IMG/VR virus record: IMGVR_UViG_3300031992_000033
Span: 32,001-96,000 of that record
DNA: 64,000 nt
Direction: 5' to 3' (one strand)
From: a virus
Lineage: Duplodnaviria; Caudoviricetes
Positions 1 to 9,975 of the stretch are shown piece by piece. The first letter of the stretch is position 1, and every line of letters starts with the position of its first letter. The translations under genes and the position numbers were made by a program. The notes under the pieces are model-generated. The model did not search any database. It was not told the origin of the DNA and saw nothing but the letters and a program-made list of their open reading frames with translations.

Positions 1-1049
1 TTGTCGTCCGACTTTACAAACGTAGAACAATAGTCCTTATAATATGGACACTTAGAACTATGACCGCATAATGCAGAACAGAAATAACTATCATTCTTTA
101 TGTCTTTGGGTGGATAATTCTTTTCGTCTTGACCACGATCCTTGTAAGACTTAATCTGTTTGTCCACATATTCTAGTGTCTCATCAATAACACATTGATT
201 ATAATCATAGTAACGGACATACTGCTTAACTTCAAACTGGTCTCTTAGTTCCGCTGGAAGTCCAGCAAGTGAGTTTTCTTGCACAGCCTGATCAACTAAT
301 AGGTCTAATTCAATCTCGTCGATATTGACCGCCTGAGGAGGATCTAGAAGGTATGGGCGTATTTGTGATACATAATTACGCCACTCACAAATTTTTTCCT
401 TGGTCTTTCCATTCTTCTGTTTCCAACTTACCACGCAGTACTTAAGCATAACCCATGCTAACTTATTGATCTTGTATCCCTCTTGCTCTTTGGCTTTAGC
501 ATAAAGAACCAACTGTCTTCCCGCCTCAATAAGATGATCCCCTTTGAATTGACTACTCGTTTTCCAGTCGAATATACTGATGACCTTATTTTCTTCATCA
601 TCGATTCTTGTTAAATCAATATACCCCTGTACATAATCATCATCCGAAACCTTATAGATAACTAACCGCTCTGTTTCAAATTTTCCATCAGGCACTTGAA
701 AGTTCTGACAGAAATTTGTCATATTCTTTATCCAGTTATCACGAATTGATGTGCCGCCATTGCGATCCTTGGGAAAATCAAGTCCTATTATATCTAAGTC
801 TTCAATACTGTTGTTTAGATTTTTTATAAGCACATCTGTTGGCGTACTATTATCTATGATATCCTGTAAGGTATCATGCATAACAGATCCAAGAGCAGCC
901 CATATATTATCCTCGCCTCTGTCTTTAAGGACATATGTTATATACGCTGAGTAAGGACACTGGTCAAGAGTGTTAAGTCTAGAGATCGAGTAGATATTCT
1001 TTCCTTGCTCTCTTAATTCAGTCAACCTTGCGTCTTCTATTCGTTCCAT
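1..1049 (-). CDS. PD-(D/E)XK nuclease, AddB/Cas4-like with probable 4Fe-4S cysteines (runs off window, not in ORF track)
   Basis: Manual translation from ATG 1049: MERIEDARL..YSISRLNTLDQCPY..GSVMHD..GYIDL..FDWKTS..QLVLYA..FCSALCGHSSKCPY. Confidence 0.8.
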   Translation of the reverse strand, partial: MERIEDARLTELREQGKNIYSISRLNTLDQCPYSAYITYVLKDRGEDNIWAALGSVMHDTLQDIIDNSTPTDVLIKNLNNSIEDLDIIGLDFPKDRNGGTSIRDNWIKNMTNFCQNFQVPDGKFETERLVIYKVSDDDYVQGYIDLTRIDDEENKVISIFDWKTSSQFKGDHLIEAGRQLVLYAKAKEQEGYKINKLAWVMLKYCVVSWKQKNGKTKEKICEWRNYVSQIRPYLLDPPQAVNIDEIELDLLVDQAVQENSLAGLPAELRDQFEVKQYVRYYDYNQCVIDETLEYVDKQIKSYKDRGQDEKNYPPKDIKNDSYFCSALCGHSSKCPYYKDYCSTFVKSDD

Positions 1050-1332
1050 TACTCCTCTCCTTTTTAGTTATACTTATAGGAAATCCTGTATTTGGATTTC
1101 TGTATACGATATATTTATCGGTATCATATCCTTCGTATCTAAGTTTGCGCAACATTACGCCAGAAGTAATGCCACATATATCACCAAAAAAATCATCTGA
1201 TAAAACATCTTCTTCAATCTCGATCATTGCGTTAATATTATTTCTTTCTACGGCAAACTGATAGTCTGCCGCAATTTGTTTTAAATATCCAATTATTAAA
1301 TTGCAATAACCGATATCACATATGTTTCCCAT
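1018..1332 (-). CDS. hypothetical protein
   Basis: ORF with AAGGAGG RBS before ATG 1332. Confidence 0.55.
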   Translation of the reverse strand: MGNICDIGYCNLIIGYLKQIAADYQFAVERNNINAMIEIEEDVLSDDFFGDICGITSGVMLRKLRYEGYDTDKYIVYRNPNTGFPISITKKERSNGTNRRRKVD

Positions 1333-1343
1333 TTTTCCTCCTT

Positions 1344-2369
1344 TCACTGCAATTTTATTAAACAGTTTTTTGACATCTGTTCAAATACGTATCGTCCGTG
1401 ATCGGAGGGACTATCTTTAGAGCCATGATTTAGATAATAGCCATCTTTGTCAAAAATATAAAACACATTATTCTTCATAATATGATTATCTACTATTAAC
1501 TTTTCGGCGTCATATCTGATGGAATCTTCATCAATCCCCTCATCATAGGCTAACACAATATTCTTAGCACCAAAACTTTTAATATAGTGCGCTTGCGTAC
1601 TGCTTATGCAATGTCCACCAACAGCAACTGCGGTAGGACATCCAAAACTATACATCTGCTGTACGGACTTCTCTGCCTCTAAAACTACCAGAGTGTTTTT
1701 GTTTACTATTGAGTGGTAGTTGATATGATATCCATACACTATACTTGTTTTAGGATAAGGAAGTGAAGCATAAAAGCGTTCGTCTTTAGGACATAGCGGA
1801 TCATTACTCCTATTCTTACATCCTATTAACATCCCTGAATAATCATATATTGGAGTGGCAATTGAATTGTTTTCAAGATCCATGCGCACTCCAAATAATT
1901 CTTGTGTTTGAAAATCTACACCATCTTCAAAATACTTTTGAGACAAAGCATCGGGTGGTGGCAAAGCAGACTCTGGATAATATGTAAAATTGGGTGTGTA
2001 ATTACCCAGCATATCCTTTTTCACTTGCTTATAGAATCCACCAAAAGGAAGTTCTATCTTTATATTTTCGTCGTATCCACACCAATACGCTATCTTTTTA
2101 ATTGCTGAAGGAAACGAGCAGTTGGTTTCATCCATTACAAGCGTGAAGATATTTCCTGAATTGTTGCGTGTCATCATCTTGTAATTAAGACTATCTAACC
2201 ATACCAACAATCCGTTTTTATTGTCGCCACCTTTACGACACATCGATAGATAATTCTGGGTAGGATGATATTTAATAGTGTCCGTATCTATGCCTATGTT
2301 CTCAAGAATTTTAACCACTTCATCTTCTTTATCTCGAAGAAATTCCTTAAGATTTGCAGCATCGATCAA
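1344..2369 (-). CDS. DNA primase (TOPRIM), SPbeta YorJ-like
   Basis: VVLEAEKS and LAYDEG TOPRIM motifs; located near the helicase. Confidence 0.85.
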   Translation of the reverse strand: MIDAANLKEFLRDKEDEVVKILENIGIDTDTIKYHPTQNYLSMCRKGGDNKNGLLVWLDSLNYKMMTRNNSGNIFTLVMDETNCSFPSAIKKIAYWCGYDENIKIELPFGGFYKQVKKDMLGNYTPNFTYYPESALPPPDALSQKYFEDGVDFQTQELFGVRMDLENNSIATPIYDYSGMLIGCKNRSNDPLCPKDERFYASLPYPKTSIVYGYHINYHSIVNKNTLVVLEAEKSVQQMYSFGCPTAVAVGGHCISSTQAHYIKSFGAKNIVLAYDEGIDEDSIRYDAEKLIVDNHIMKNNVFYIFDKDGYYLNHGSKDSPSDHGRYVFEQMSKNCLIKLQ

Positions 2370-3484
2370 CCTTCATCACCCCTTAATTCGATGTAAAATT
2401 TGAGTGTTTGGAGTAAATAATCCATATCCTCTTTTGTTGTAGTGTTACCTATTGAGATACGTATCGAGGATTCTGCTTGCTCTTCAGTTAAACCTATAGC
2501 CGTAAGGACATGTGATGGCTTGTCGCTGTGTGTATTACATGCACTACCAGATGAAACATATATATCATTTTGCGATAAAAATTCTACGAGTTCTTCGCCT
2601 CTGATATTCATAAAACAGATGCTGAGATTTCCGTCGTAGTGATTTGTTTCACCATTGTTTATAGAATAAATTATATTACTATTGGCAAGTTGCGCAACAA
2701 AATATCTGTTGATTTCTGAGATATGTTTGCTGTTTTCCTTAATGTGTTCTATTGCTTCTTTAAGTGCCGCCGCCATTGCCATAATACCACACACATTCTC
2801 AGTGCCTGATCTAAATTCGTTTTCCTGTCCGCCACCAAGCGTAAGAGGTGGAACGTGAAAACCCTTTCTTATATAGATAAAACCAACGCCTTTGGGCGCA
2901 CCAAACTTATGTCCGCTCGCAGTAAGCATGTCAACACCAAGTGCGTGACAATCTATGGGAATATGCCCCACCGCCTGAGTGGCATCTGTATGCGTGACAC
3001 CCTTATGTTTTCTGACTATCTTGACAATGTCAGCAACTGGCTGAATGTAACCAATCTCATTATTAAGCAACATAATTGAAACTAGATCGTTTGTGTCCAG
3101 TGCACACCTAAGGTCGTTCATATCTATGCCGCCATCATATCCAACCTTAACTATGTAATTGTTGTCAGGATATAATGAAGTTAGATTAAGAACTGAATGA
3201 TGTTCAGTTTCAGCAGTAATAAATCTACCTCTTACTATCTTCATGCCGCCCTGAATAGCAATGTTGTTACCCTCAGTAGCGCCACTAGTAAAATAAATCT
3301 CCTCAGGATCAGCGCCAATGCAACGCGCAATATCTGCGCGTGCATTTTCAATCGCCACCCTAACTTCTCTAGCGCCAAGATAAGCCGCCGAAGGATTATA
3401 GTATTCGTCCATATAGAAATTTACTGCATCTTTTGCCGCCTGTACTACGGGCGTAGTTGCCGCATAATCAAGATATACTCTCAT
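2366..3484 (-). CDS. iscS: cysteine desulfurase (IscS/NifS family, PLP-dependent)
   Basis: YLDYAATTP, FTSGATEGNN, HTDATQAVG, SGHKFGAPKGVG (PLP Lys), SSGSAC (catalytic Cys). Confidence 0.95.
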   Translation of the reverse strand: MRVYLDYAATTPVVQAAKDAVNFYMDEYYNPSAAYLGAREVRVAIENARADIARCIGADPEEIYFTSGATEGNNIAIQGGMKIVRGRFITAETEHHSVLNLTSLYPDNNYIVKVGYDGGIDMNDLRCALDTNDLVSIMLLNNEIGYIQPVADIVKIVRKHKGVTHTDATQAVGHIPIDCHALGVDMLTASGHKFGAPKGVGFIYIRKGFHVPPLTLGGGQENEFRSGTENVCGIMAMAAALKEAIEHIKENSKHISEINRYFVAQLANSNIIYSINNGETNHYDGNLSICFMNIRGEELVEFLSQNDIYVSSGSACNTHSDKPSHVLTAIGLTEEQAESSIRISIGNTTTKEDMDYLLQTLKFYIELRGDEG

Positions 3485-3505
3485 ATCAGAATCCTTTCGT
3501 TTAAT

Positions 3506-3534
3506 ATTATATCACACATTTGTATTTTTGTCAA
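3506..3534 (-). promoter_or_regulatory. sigma-A promoter driving iscS/primase
   Basis: TTGACA-17 bp-TATAAT with extended TG. Confidence 0.85.
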
Positions 3535-5004
3535 TTAACGACTTCTTGAGAAGTTATCAAACGCTACGTCTATCCAGCCAATCTCTTTCATCCTCATAAA
3601 TGCCATATCAAACTGTACGCAAATCTGTGGTGAGACTTCGCCCGATCTGTTCTTAGGCACAAAGAGAATTATGTAGTGCTTCTCAGGATCAAGGTCAAGT
3701 AATACTTTGATTTTCTTTCCGTCTTCTGTGGTACGATAGTTGTAGGGGTGCAAGTCCTCATACTCATTGTTGAATACAGGACGGAACATAATACATGCGT
3801 GACATGTTTCAGCAATGCCTCTTGACTTACCAATGGAACTAAGATCGAGATACTTTCTTGTGAGAGAATCAGGCGCTAACTGGAATGTACATACCAAAGC
3901 AACCTTGGTTTTCTTTGCCATCTGGAACAGTGTCTCAGCGCATGCGGAAAATTCTGCCCACGCTCTTTCCGACGCTCCGTCTGCGGGCTTAAGCACATCA
4001 TAAATTACTATAGGATAACCAATCTTTGAATACTTAGTGATAATCTTACGTACTGCCGCTGTGCTGTAATCCTGAAGTTCTACAAATCTTACATGCCCCT
4101 TAAGATTTTTGAGCCAATTTGCCGCCTTTCTAAGACCTTCTTTTTGTTCAGGTGTAAAATGTCCAAGACCTATCTTCTTTCTGTTTAACTTCAACTCCTT
4201 ACCATTGAATTCGGGATTATTAAATAGTGCATAAGTGAGCATAAGTTGGCGATACTCTTTACAAGTCTGCTCGTTGCTAATAACAAGAACGTTGCGACCC
4301 TCTTCCAGATTTTTCATAATGATAATAGGGACAGATCCACTTGTTTTACCCTGTCCTATGGGAGCACCAAGCAAGGTCATTGTCCCCGCATGTAAACCAC
4401 CAAGCATATAATTAAGTGTATTAAGTCCGAGAGGATATCCCTGTTCAGCGCCCGTATCAAGTTCTTCTATGAAAGCATCGTTGTCTTCGTTGACATCTTC
4501 CGTATGGATCTTTTCTACGCCAGCAACCATACAATCACTTATCTGGTACTCGATATAGTCATAACATTCTTCGGCTGTCATATTCTTAAACTTGCCAACC
4601 TCTTTAATAGACATAAGACCCTTGAGATATAACTTAGTGATAAAGTTATTTTTCGCAAGGCTGTCATAATATGTTTCAACGTTATTCTCGTTGACAAGCG
4701 CAAGCATTTCGTGTAGTGTACCCAAGCCGCCATACTCGTCGAATTTCTTTTTAGCAAGATTCTTATCGGAGAGGTAGGTAACGATAGCCATATCGTCGAA
4801 CGTATTATATCCAGCCCTTTCAAGTCCAAGAGCAAGTCCATAATAGAATTTGCCAGCATCGGTCAGAATATCATCTTCGTCTGCTATCTTTTCCTTGTAT
4901 AATCCAATGAGGTCTGGATCTTTATAAAGACTAATAATGAAATTACATTCTGTTTCTTGCCTACCCTCAGTTAATTCCTGAGGTAAGTCTTTAATATTTG
5001 TCAT
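3535..5004 (-). CDS. dnaB: replicative DNA helicase (DnaB-like), YorI-like
   Basis: Walker A GAPIGQGKT, VISNEQ, IYDVLK, TFQL and KNRSG motifs. Confidence 0.88.
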   Translation of the reverse strand: MTNIKDLPQELTEGRQETECNFIISLYKDPDLIGLYKEKIADEDDILTDAGKFYYGLALGLERAGYNTFDDMAIVTYLSDKNLAKKKFDEYGGLGTLHEMLALVNENNVETYYDSLAKNNFITKLYLKGLMSIKEVGKFKNMTAEECYDYIEYQISDCMVAGVEKIHTEDVNEDNDAFIEELDTGAEQGYPLGLNTLNYMLGGLHAGTMTLLGAPIGQGKTSGSVPIIIMKNLEEGRNVLVISNEQTCKEYRQLMLTYALFNNPEFNGKELKLNRKKIGLGHFTPEQKEGLRKAANWLKNLKGHVRFVELQDYSTAAVRKIITKYSKIGYPIVIYDVLKPADGASERAWAEFSACAETLFQMAKKTKVALVCTFQLAPDSLTRKYLDLSSIGKSRGIAETCHACIMFRPVFNNEYEDLHPYNYRTTEDGKKIKVLLDLDPEKHYIILFVPKNRSGEVSPQICVQFDMAFMRMKEIGWIDVAFDNFSRSR

Positions 5005-5513
5005 GTGTAATTATTCTCCTGTAAAAACTTTGATATATCATGAATCTCTCCACGATTTGTTGGTGCTTGCATTGACTCTACTTCCTCAGAAGTTATTGCA
5101 TTGTTGGAAATGTGTTGTAATTTTTGCTCCTTATCCATCTTCTTCTTAACATCATTTATACTGTTTGTTATGATAGCCATTACATAAGATACTCTGTTGT
5201 ATTCTGAAGCAAAATCTTTATGACTAATAGAATAAACTATATCAGCACGCTTGCTAATAATAGTCTGTAAAACGACTTTGTAACCATAGTAACTATATTC
5301 TTTCAGTTTCTTAGGCACAATTGTAGGGAACTTTTGCCCGTCCGAATATCCCAAAATGTTCCCTAACTCTTCGAGACATTTCTGGCGGTACATCTTCTCG
5401 TCCGAAATGCATTTAAAAGCCTCCGCCGATGAGTAGTACTTACCATTGGAGGCTTTATATGCTTCGTTCGAGGGGACGAGTTCGCCAGTATCTTGACACT
5501 TAACATTTCTCAT
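5001..5513 (-). CDS. hypothetical replication protein (YorH position, possible helicase loader)
   Basis: Synteny between the AAA ATPase and the helicase. Confidence 0.5.
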   Translation of the reverse strand: MRNVKCQDTGELVPSNEAYKASNGKYYSSAEAFKCISDEKMYRQKCLEELGNILGYSDGQKFPTIVPKKLKEYSYYGYKVVLQTIISKRADIVYSISHKDFASEYNRVSYVMAIITNSINDVKKKMDKEQKLQHISNNAITSEEVESMQAPTNRGEIHDISKFLQENNYT

Positions 5514-5525
5514 CCCCCGATCTCC

Positions 5526-5735
5526 TTAATTCTTCTTAATTAAATCTCTATTTACAAGTGAAATGGTAACGCTATTATCTGCCTCAACAATTGTAGAGAA
5601 TACCTCTCTACTCAGAATACCTCTCGTTGTATCATCCTTGCATCCCTTGTCAAGCAGAATCTTTTCTCCGTCTTTAATCGTGATCTTCTGATCCTTCGCT
5701 CTGAGTACCCTCAACTGATCGTCTAACTTCATCAT
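5526..5735 (-). CDS. hypothetical protein
   Basis: ORF with AAGGAG RBS. Confidence 0.5.
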   Translation of the reverse strand: MMKLDDQLRVLRAKDQKITIKDGEKILLDKGCKDDTTRGILSREVFSTIVEADNSVTISLVNRDLIKKN

Positions 5736-5979
5736 CGTTATCTCCTTTACATACCTTGAATCCGTAACTCTGGTCGTACCCAATAGATTTGAGCACCTCT
5801 TTGAGTTCGGTCATTTCATTTTCATCTTTAATTTTCATCATTACAACACCGCTCTCCATAAATGCGTTGATCCCGCGAGCCGACAGTTTTTTAACTGCCG
5901 ACTCTTTAACGGTTTCTTCGCGCACGTATGCGACTGGTGCTTTTTCTTCGGTTTCTATAACCTTCTTTTTTCTAGCCAT
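5674..5979 (-). CDS. hypothetical protein
   Basis: Start overlaps the upstream stop (TAATG). Confidence 0.55.
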   Translation of the reverse strand: MARKKKVIETEEKAPVAYVREETVKESAVKKLSARGINAFMESGVVMMKIKDENEMTELKEVLKSIGYDQSYGFKVCKGDNDDEVRRSVEGTQSEGSEDHD

Positions 5980-7109
5980 TAGCCAACTCCGAGAATATCC
6001 GCTGCCTCCTGAAGCATATCAAGTGTGAACTCTTCCTTGTCCTTGAAACTCTTAAGTCCCTTGCTCTTAAGGAAGTCCTTAATCTTTGCCTTAGTGTCAT
6101 CGTCCATGCCGTTGCAAGCGCCCTTGATCTTTTCGTAAAGTTCCTCGAACTTTTCAGCATTGGCTTCAGCATTCTTCTTGTCCTCAGAGTACTTCTTTGC
6201 CGCCGCTTCTTTAGCAGCCTCTCTAGCCTTTGCTTCTTTCTCAATCTCAGCATCAGACTTGCCGCCCTTGCGCTTTTCGTTGTTGATAGCGTCTCTCATA
6301 GCGGCGATAAACTCATCTGCATCAAATGAGATTCTGTCTACAATATCTGCAAAACGAGATCCCGAATCAACAGAATATGTGTCGTCTCTGAATGAGATAA
6401 TACGGCTTTCCTTGACAGTCTTATTAATCTCGATGTCCTTCTTTGTGACAACATTCTGTCTGCCAGTCTTTTCCTTTACGATTTCTCTGTCAATATAAGC
6501 GAGAGCAACAAAGTGCATCTTGTTCTTAATAACATTGAAATACTTCTGGGTAGTATCAGCAGTAAGTTTTGAGAAGGTTTCCTGAGTAGCGGGATCAATT
6601 ATGTCGCTTCTCTTAACGTGTCCAATGATGATGGAACTTACGCCAACCTTCTTGAGTTCCCAAATGGCATCCACGATAAGATTAGCAGCAAAATCCTGAC
6701 CCTTACCAAATCCGCCCCATGCGCTATTGATTGTGTCTGCTCTCTTATCGGGATGTGTCTTATTCCACTGGCGAATCGACTCAGCCTCTGCAAGAAGAAT
6801 AAGTTCGTCAAGGGTGTCAAAGATAACAACCTTGAGTTCCTTATAGTCGGACTCCTTATTTTCAACGATATCATCTACAACATCAACGAGTTTTGCCCAG
6901 TCCTCGATAGGCTCGGATACAATACCTTCGATAGCAGACGCACCCTCTTCACGACCAATGTCAAGATGAATGTAGCCATCACTTCCTACGAGTTTCTCGC
7001 ACATCTCCTTGGCGATAGTAGTTTTACCGATCTTAGACTCACCAAGGATGCAAATGTTATAATCGAGGGGATTAGTACTAATCTCCATCTTCTTACCAAA
7101 TTTTCCCAT
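5979..7109 (-). CDS. AAA_24/Sak4-like ATPase, YorG-like
   Basis: GESKIGKTT Walker A, VIFDT Walker B, WGGFGKG and IIGH. Confidence 0.85.
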   Translation of the reverse strand: MGKFGKKMEISTNPLDYNICILGESKIGKTTIAKEMCEKLVGSDGYIHLDIGREEGASAIEGIVSEPIEDWAKLVDVVDDIVENKESDYKELKVVIFDTLDELILLAEAESIRQWNKTHPDKRADTINSAWGGFGKGQDFAANLIVDAIWELKKVGVSSIIIGHVKRSDIIDPATQETFSKLTADTTQKYFNVIKNKMHFVALAYIDREIVKEKTGRQNVVTKKDIEINKTVKESRIISFRDDTYSVDSGSRFADIVDRISFDADEFIAAMRDAINNEKRKGGKSDAEIEKEAKAREAAKEAAAKKYSEDKKNAEANAEKFEELYEKIKGACNGMDDDTKAKIKDFLKSKGLKSFKDKEEFTLDMLQEAADILGVG

Positions 7110-7136
7110 ATTGTCATCTCCTTTTATTCACATGTA

Positions 7137-8246
7137 TTAATTAAATAAGTCCACGTCATCATCGTCAGAATCTTTATCATTCTTCTTAGTCTCTTCGGGC
7201 TTATTCATAAATACATCGTCCTCGGATTCAGCCTGAGAAGGAACGTAGATGTTGTCCTCAAATGTCTCAATGCTGTCCTTAAGCGCTACGCATCCGTCTG
7301 CAAACTCGTCTCTGATATCAAAGTCAACAAGTTTATATTCAACCTTGACATTGCCGTAGATATTACCCTTAGGCTTAAAATCATCGAGGGTCTTAAAGCC
7401 AAGTTCGATAGCAGTTCTCTGGTTTTCGGTAAGTTCACTCTCATCAAAAGGAATTTCTTCCTGTCCCCTGATATAAGAGATATTAGCGCTGGTCTTATAA
7501 ACCTTCTTTGACTTAAGATTGTTTACAATGTTGCCGTTTTCATATGCAAGTCCGATCTGTGCAAGACGATAGTTGACGATAGCCACATGCTTTTCGTTCT
7601 CCCAATCAATCTTACTGCAATCAAAAACAAGAGTACGCTCAACATACATCTTCTTCTTATTTGTGCTTATATACTCCTCAGTATATCCGTTAATGTAGAT
7701 CTTGTGCTCACTCTTCCAATCTGCTGTATCAATGCTGTCCTTAGTAAAGAAGAACTCGCCGTAAATATTCAGACCAGTCTTAGCATCGTCGTCTGCAATA
7801 AAAACACTCTGGACAGTGAATCTGTCGCGAGGCTTATCCTTGTAAAAATCTCTACTAGCCTGACCAGTTACAACAACCTTCTTCCCGTCAAGTTCGTGAA
7901 TGTTATCCTTGATATAATTTGCAACATCAAAGTCGGCAATGAACTCCTTTCTTTCGTCCTTAATGAAGTTCATAACATTCTTTGAACGTACTGACTTAAG
8001 AACTCCCTCGCTATTGCGATCTTCCCAGTCAATCTCGATCTGCTCGTCATTGACATCATAGGTCTTGATCTTGTCTCTTTCCATGCCAAAGACTTCAACG
8101 TACCCCCTATTATTCTTTGTGGAGGCAACAGAGAACGATACACTCGTGTATGGATCTCCGTTTTTTGTTTTGCCGCTACGATCAAAATAACCCTTGGCAT
8201 TAGGATCGGTTACGGCATGCGCGTTACCAATAAACTTAAATCTCAT
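7137..8246 (-). CDS. probable ssDNA-binding protein (YorF position)
   Basis: Beta-rich sequence with acidic tail DSDDDDVDLFN; likely start ATG 8246 downstream of a promoter and RBS. Confidence 0.55.
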   Translation of the reverse strand: MRFKFIGNAHAVTDPNAKGYFDRSGKTKNGDPYTSVSFSVASTKNNRGYVEVFGMERDKIKTYDVNDEQIEIDWEDRNSEGVLKSVRSKNVMNFIKDERKEFIADFDVANYIKDNIHELDGKKVVVTGQASRDFYKDKPRDRFTVQSVFIADDDAKTGLNIYGEFFFTKDSIDTADWKSEHKIYINGYTEEYISTNKKKMYVERTLVFDCSKIDWENEKHVAIVNYRLAQIGLAYENGNIVNNLKSKKVYKTSANISYIRGQEEIPFDESELTENQRTAIELGFKTLDDFKPKGNIYGNVKVEYKLVDFDIRDEFADGCVALKDSIETFEDNIYVPSQAESEDDVFMNKPEETKKNDKDSDDDDVDLFN

Positions 8247-8307
8247 TCCTTTTTTCCTTTCTGTGAAAAATGATAAGTTAATAACACCCATGGGGGTGTC
8301 TAATGAT

Positions 8308-8336
8308 ATAATATCACAACAAGAAGATAATGTCAA
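8308..8336 (-). promoter_or_regulatory. sigma-A promoter of the replication operon
   Basis: TTGACA-17-TATTAT with extended TG. Confidence 0.8.
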
Positions 8337-8576
8337 GAGGAACATGAAATTATCTTCGTTGTAATATTCAGTAATGTGAGAAGTGGAATGTTAGCGCCAG
8401 AGTTCAGCGCCAGTTTCGAACGAAAAAATAATTTTATTTACTCATACTTTTTCTTATATACTTGTGTTCTGTACGTTTGATATCTATACTCTACCTACCG
8501 CTTAACTCTATAAGTATTTCTTTTACTTATTTTATTTACTCCACGGTCACAGTATAGCATATTCTGTTCTAATCAG

Positions 8577-8605
8577 ATGATATCATATTTTGAGACATTT
8601 GTCAA
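8577..8605 (-). promoter_or_regulatory. sigma-A promoter
   Basis: TTGACA-17-TATCAT with extended TG. Confidence 0.7.
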
Positions 8606-8870
8606 GCCTAAAAAATATAGTTGTAAAAAATAAACAATTATAACTTTTCTCTTTTGTGAAAAGTATCTATACTGAAAGATCCGCTTCTGGGTCTCATGTC
8701 TCGGTTTTCCCAGTTGGTGGGGTTAGTTGCGTACTCTACGACGGCAGCCTCTTCTTCGGTGAGGTAAATAAATCCGTCAGACCAATCATCTGCAAATAAT
8801 GATACAGGATACCAGTATCTCTTTTTGTTTTCTGACATATAATATAGAACTCCTTAACGTTTATTACACC

Positions 8871-8899
8871 ATTATATCATATTTGCTTAGATTTATCAA
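8871..8899 (-). promoter_or_regulatory. sigma-A promoter
   Basis: TTGATA-17-TATAAT with extended TG. Confidence 0.75.
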
Positions 8900-9441
8900 G
8901 AGGCTGCCTACGCTCAATACAACGTCCATCACAAAGCAAACAATACAGTTTGTTGCGAGGCTTATCTTCTTCTGTGTTCCAACGTTCACACTTATTACAA
9001 GAGTCATAATATGTAGGTTTCAGGAATGGCTTATTAGATTCCATCTATTATTCTTCCTCTTCAAAAAATGACACAGGATCAAACCACTTATCTTTAATGA
9101 TGTTGCCGATTATTTTTATGGGGGAATTACCCCTTTTCATTGCCACACGAACATATTTGCCCTTAATGTCATTAAATTTTTCACAGCCAAGAATATCCAT
9201 AATTCGCATAATATATTCCATACCCTTGTTTGTACCGACAAAATCTTTCGCGCCAACATAACCGTGCCCCAGACAATATCCGCCATAAACTACGTATCCA
9301 GAATTAAAAGAAATTCCCATCGCTAATGTTATGCATCCATGATCAGCCATTGAAAGATCTACGTAGTCAATAAAACCATTCTCTATTTCGTATCCCTGTT
9401 GTATTAATTCTTTTTCTGTATAATTATGCATCTTTCACCTC

Positions 9442-9975
9442 TCAATGTTTCTTGTTGTACATCTGATTAAAGTGGATAACTTCGTCCGCCGTTCTGGGAC
9501 AGAAATCAAGAATATCAACACCGACGTTATAAGCGTTAGGAATGCTCTTCATAATCCTATAAGCATCGTTGTCAATATTATTGTGGATGTGTCCATAGAA
9601 ATGCAATGCCCCTCTAAAATACCCGTTCCATTCAACGATAGGATAATGGAATAATACAATCTTTCTTGCTCCGTCTTCCACTTCTTTGTATGATCCTACC
9701 CACTCACAGAGTGACTTCATTTCGGGCGTAATTTTATCGTGATTACCAACGATAATATACTTTTTTCCTTTTAACTGTTTCAGATAATCTTCGCCATTAG
9801 TCCTGTTTTTGAAATTAAAATCACCAAGAATATAAACCTCATCGTTATTTTTTACGACGGCGTTCCACTTATTCTTTATTACTTCATCCATTTCTTCTAC
9901 CGATTTGAATGGACGATTACAATGCTTCATGATATTCTCATGTCCAAAATGAGTGTCACTTATATAGTATTTCAT
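9442..9975 (-). CDS. calcineurin-like metallophosphoesterase
   Basis: SDTHFGH, LGDF, GNHD and GHIH motifs. Confidence 0.92.
   Translation of the reverse strand: MKYYISDTHFGHENIMKHCNRPFKSVEEMDEVIKNKWNAVVKNNDEVYILGDFNFKNRTNGEDYLKQLKGKKYIIVGNHDKITPEMKSLCEWVGSYKEVEDGARKIVLFHYPIVEWNGYFRGALHFYGHIHNNIDNDAYRIMKSIPNAYNVGVDILDFCPRTADEVIHFNQMYNKKH

Noticed and set aside
2366-3484. Dnd/Ssp phosphorothioation system
   Set aside because: No dndBCDE or ssp-like genes are recognisable in the window.
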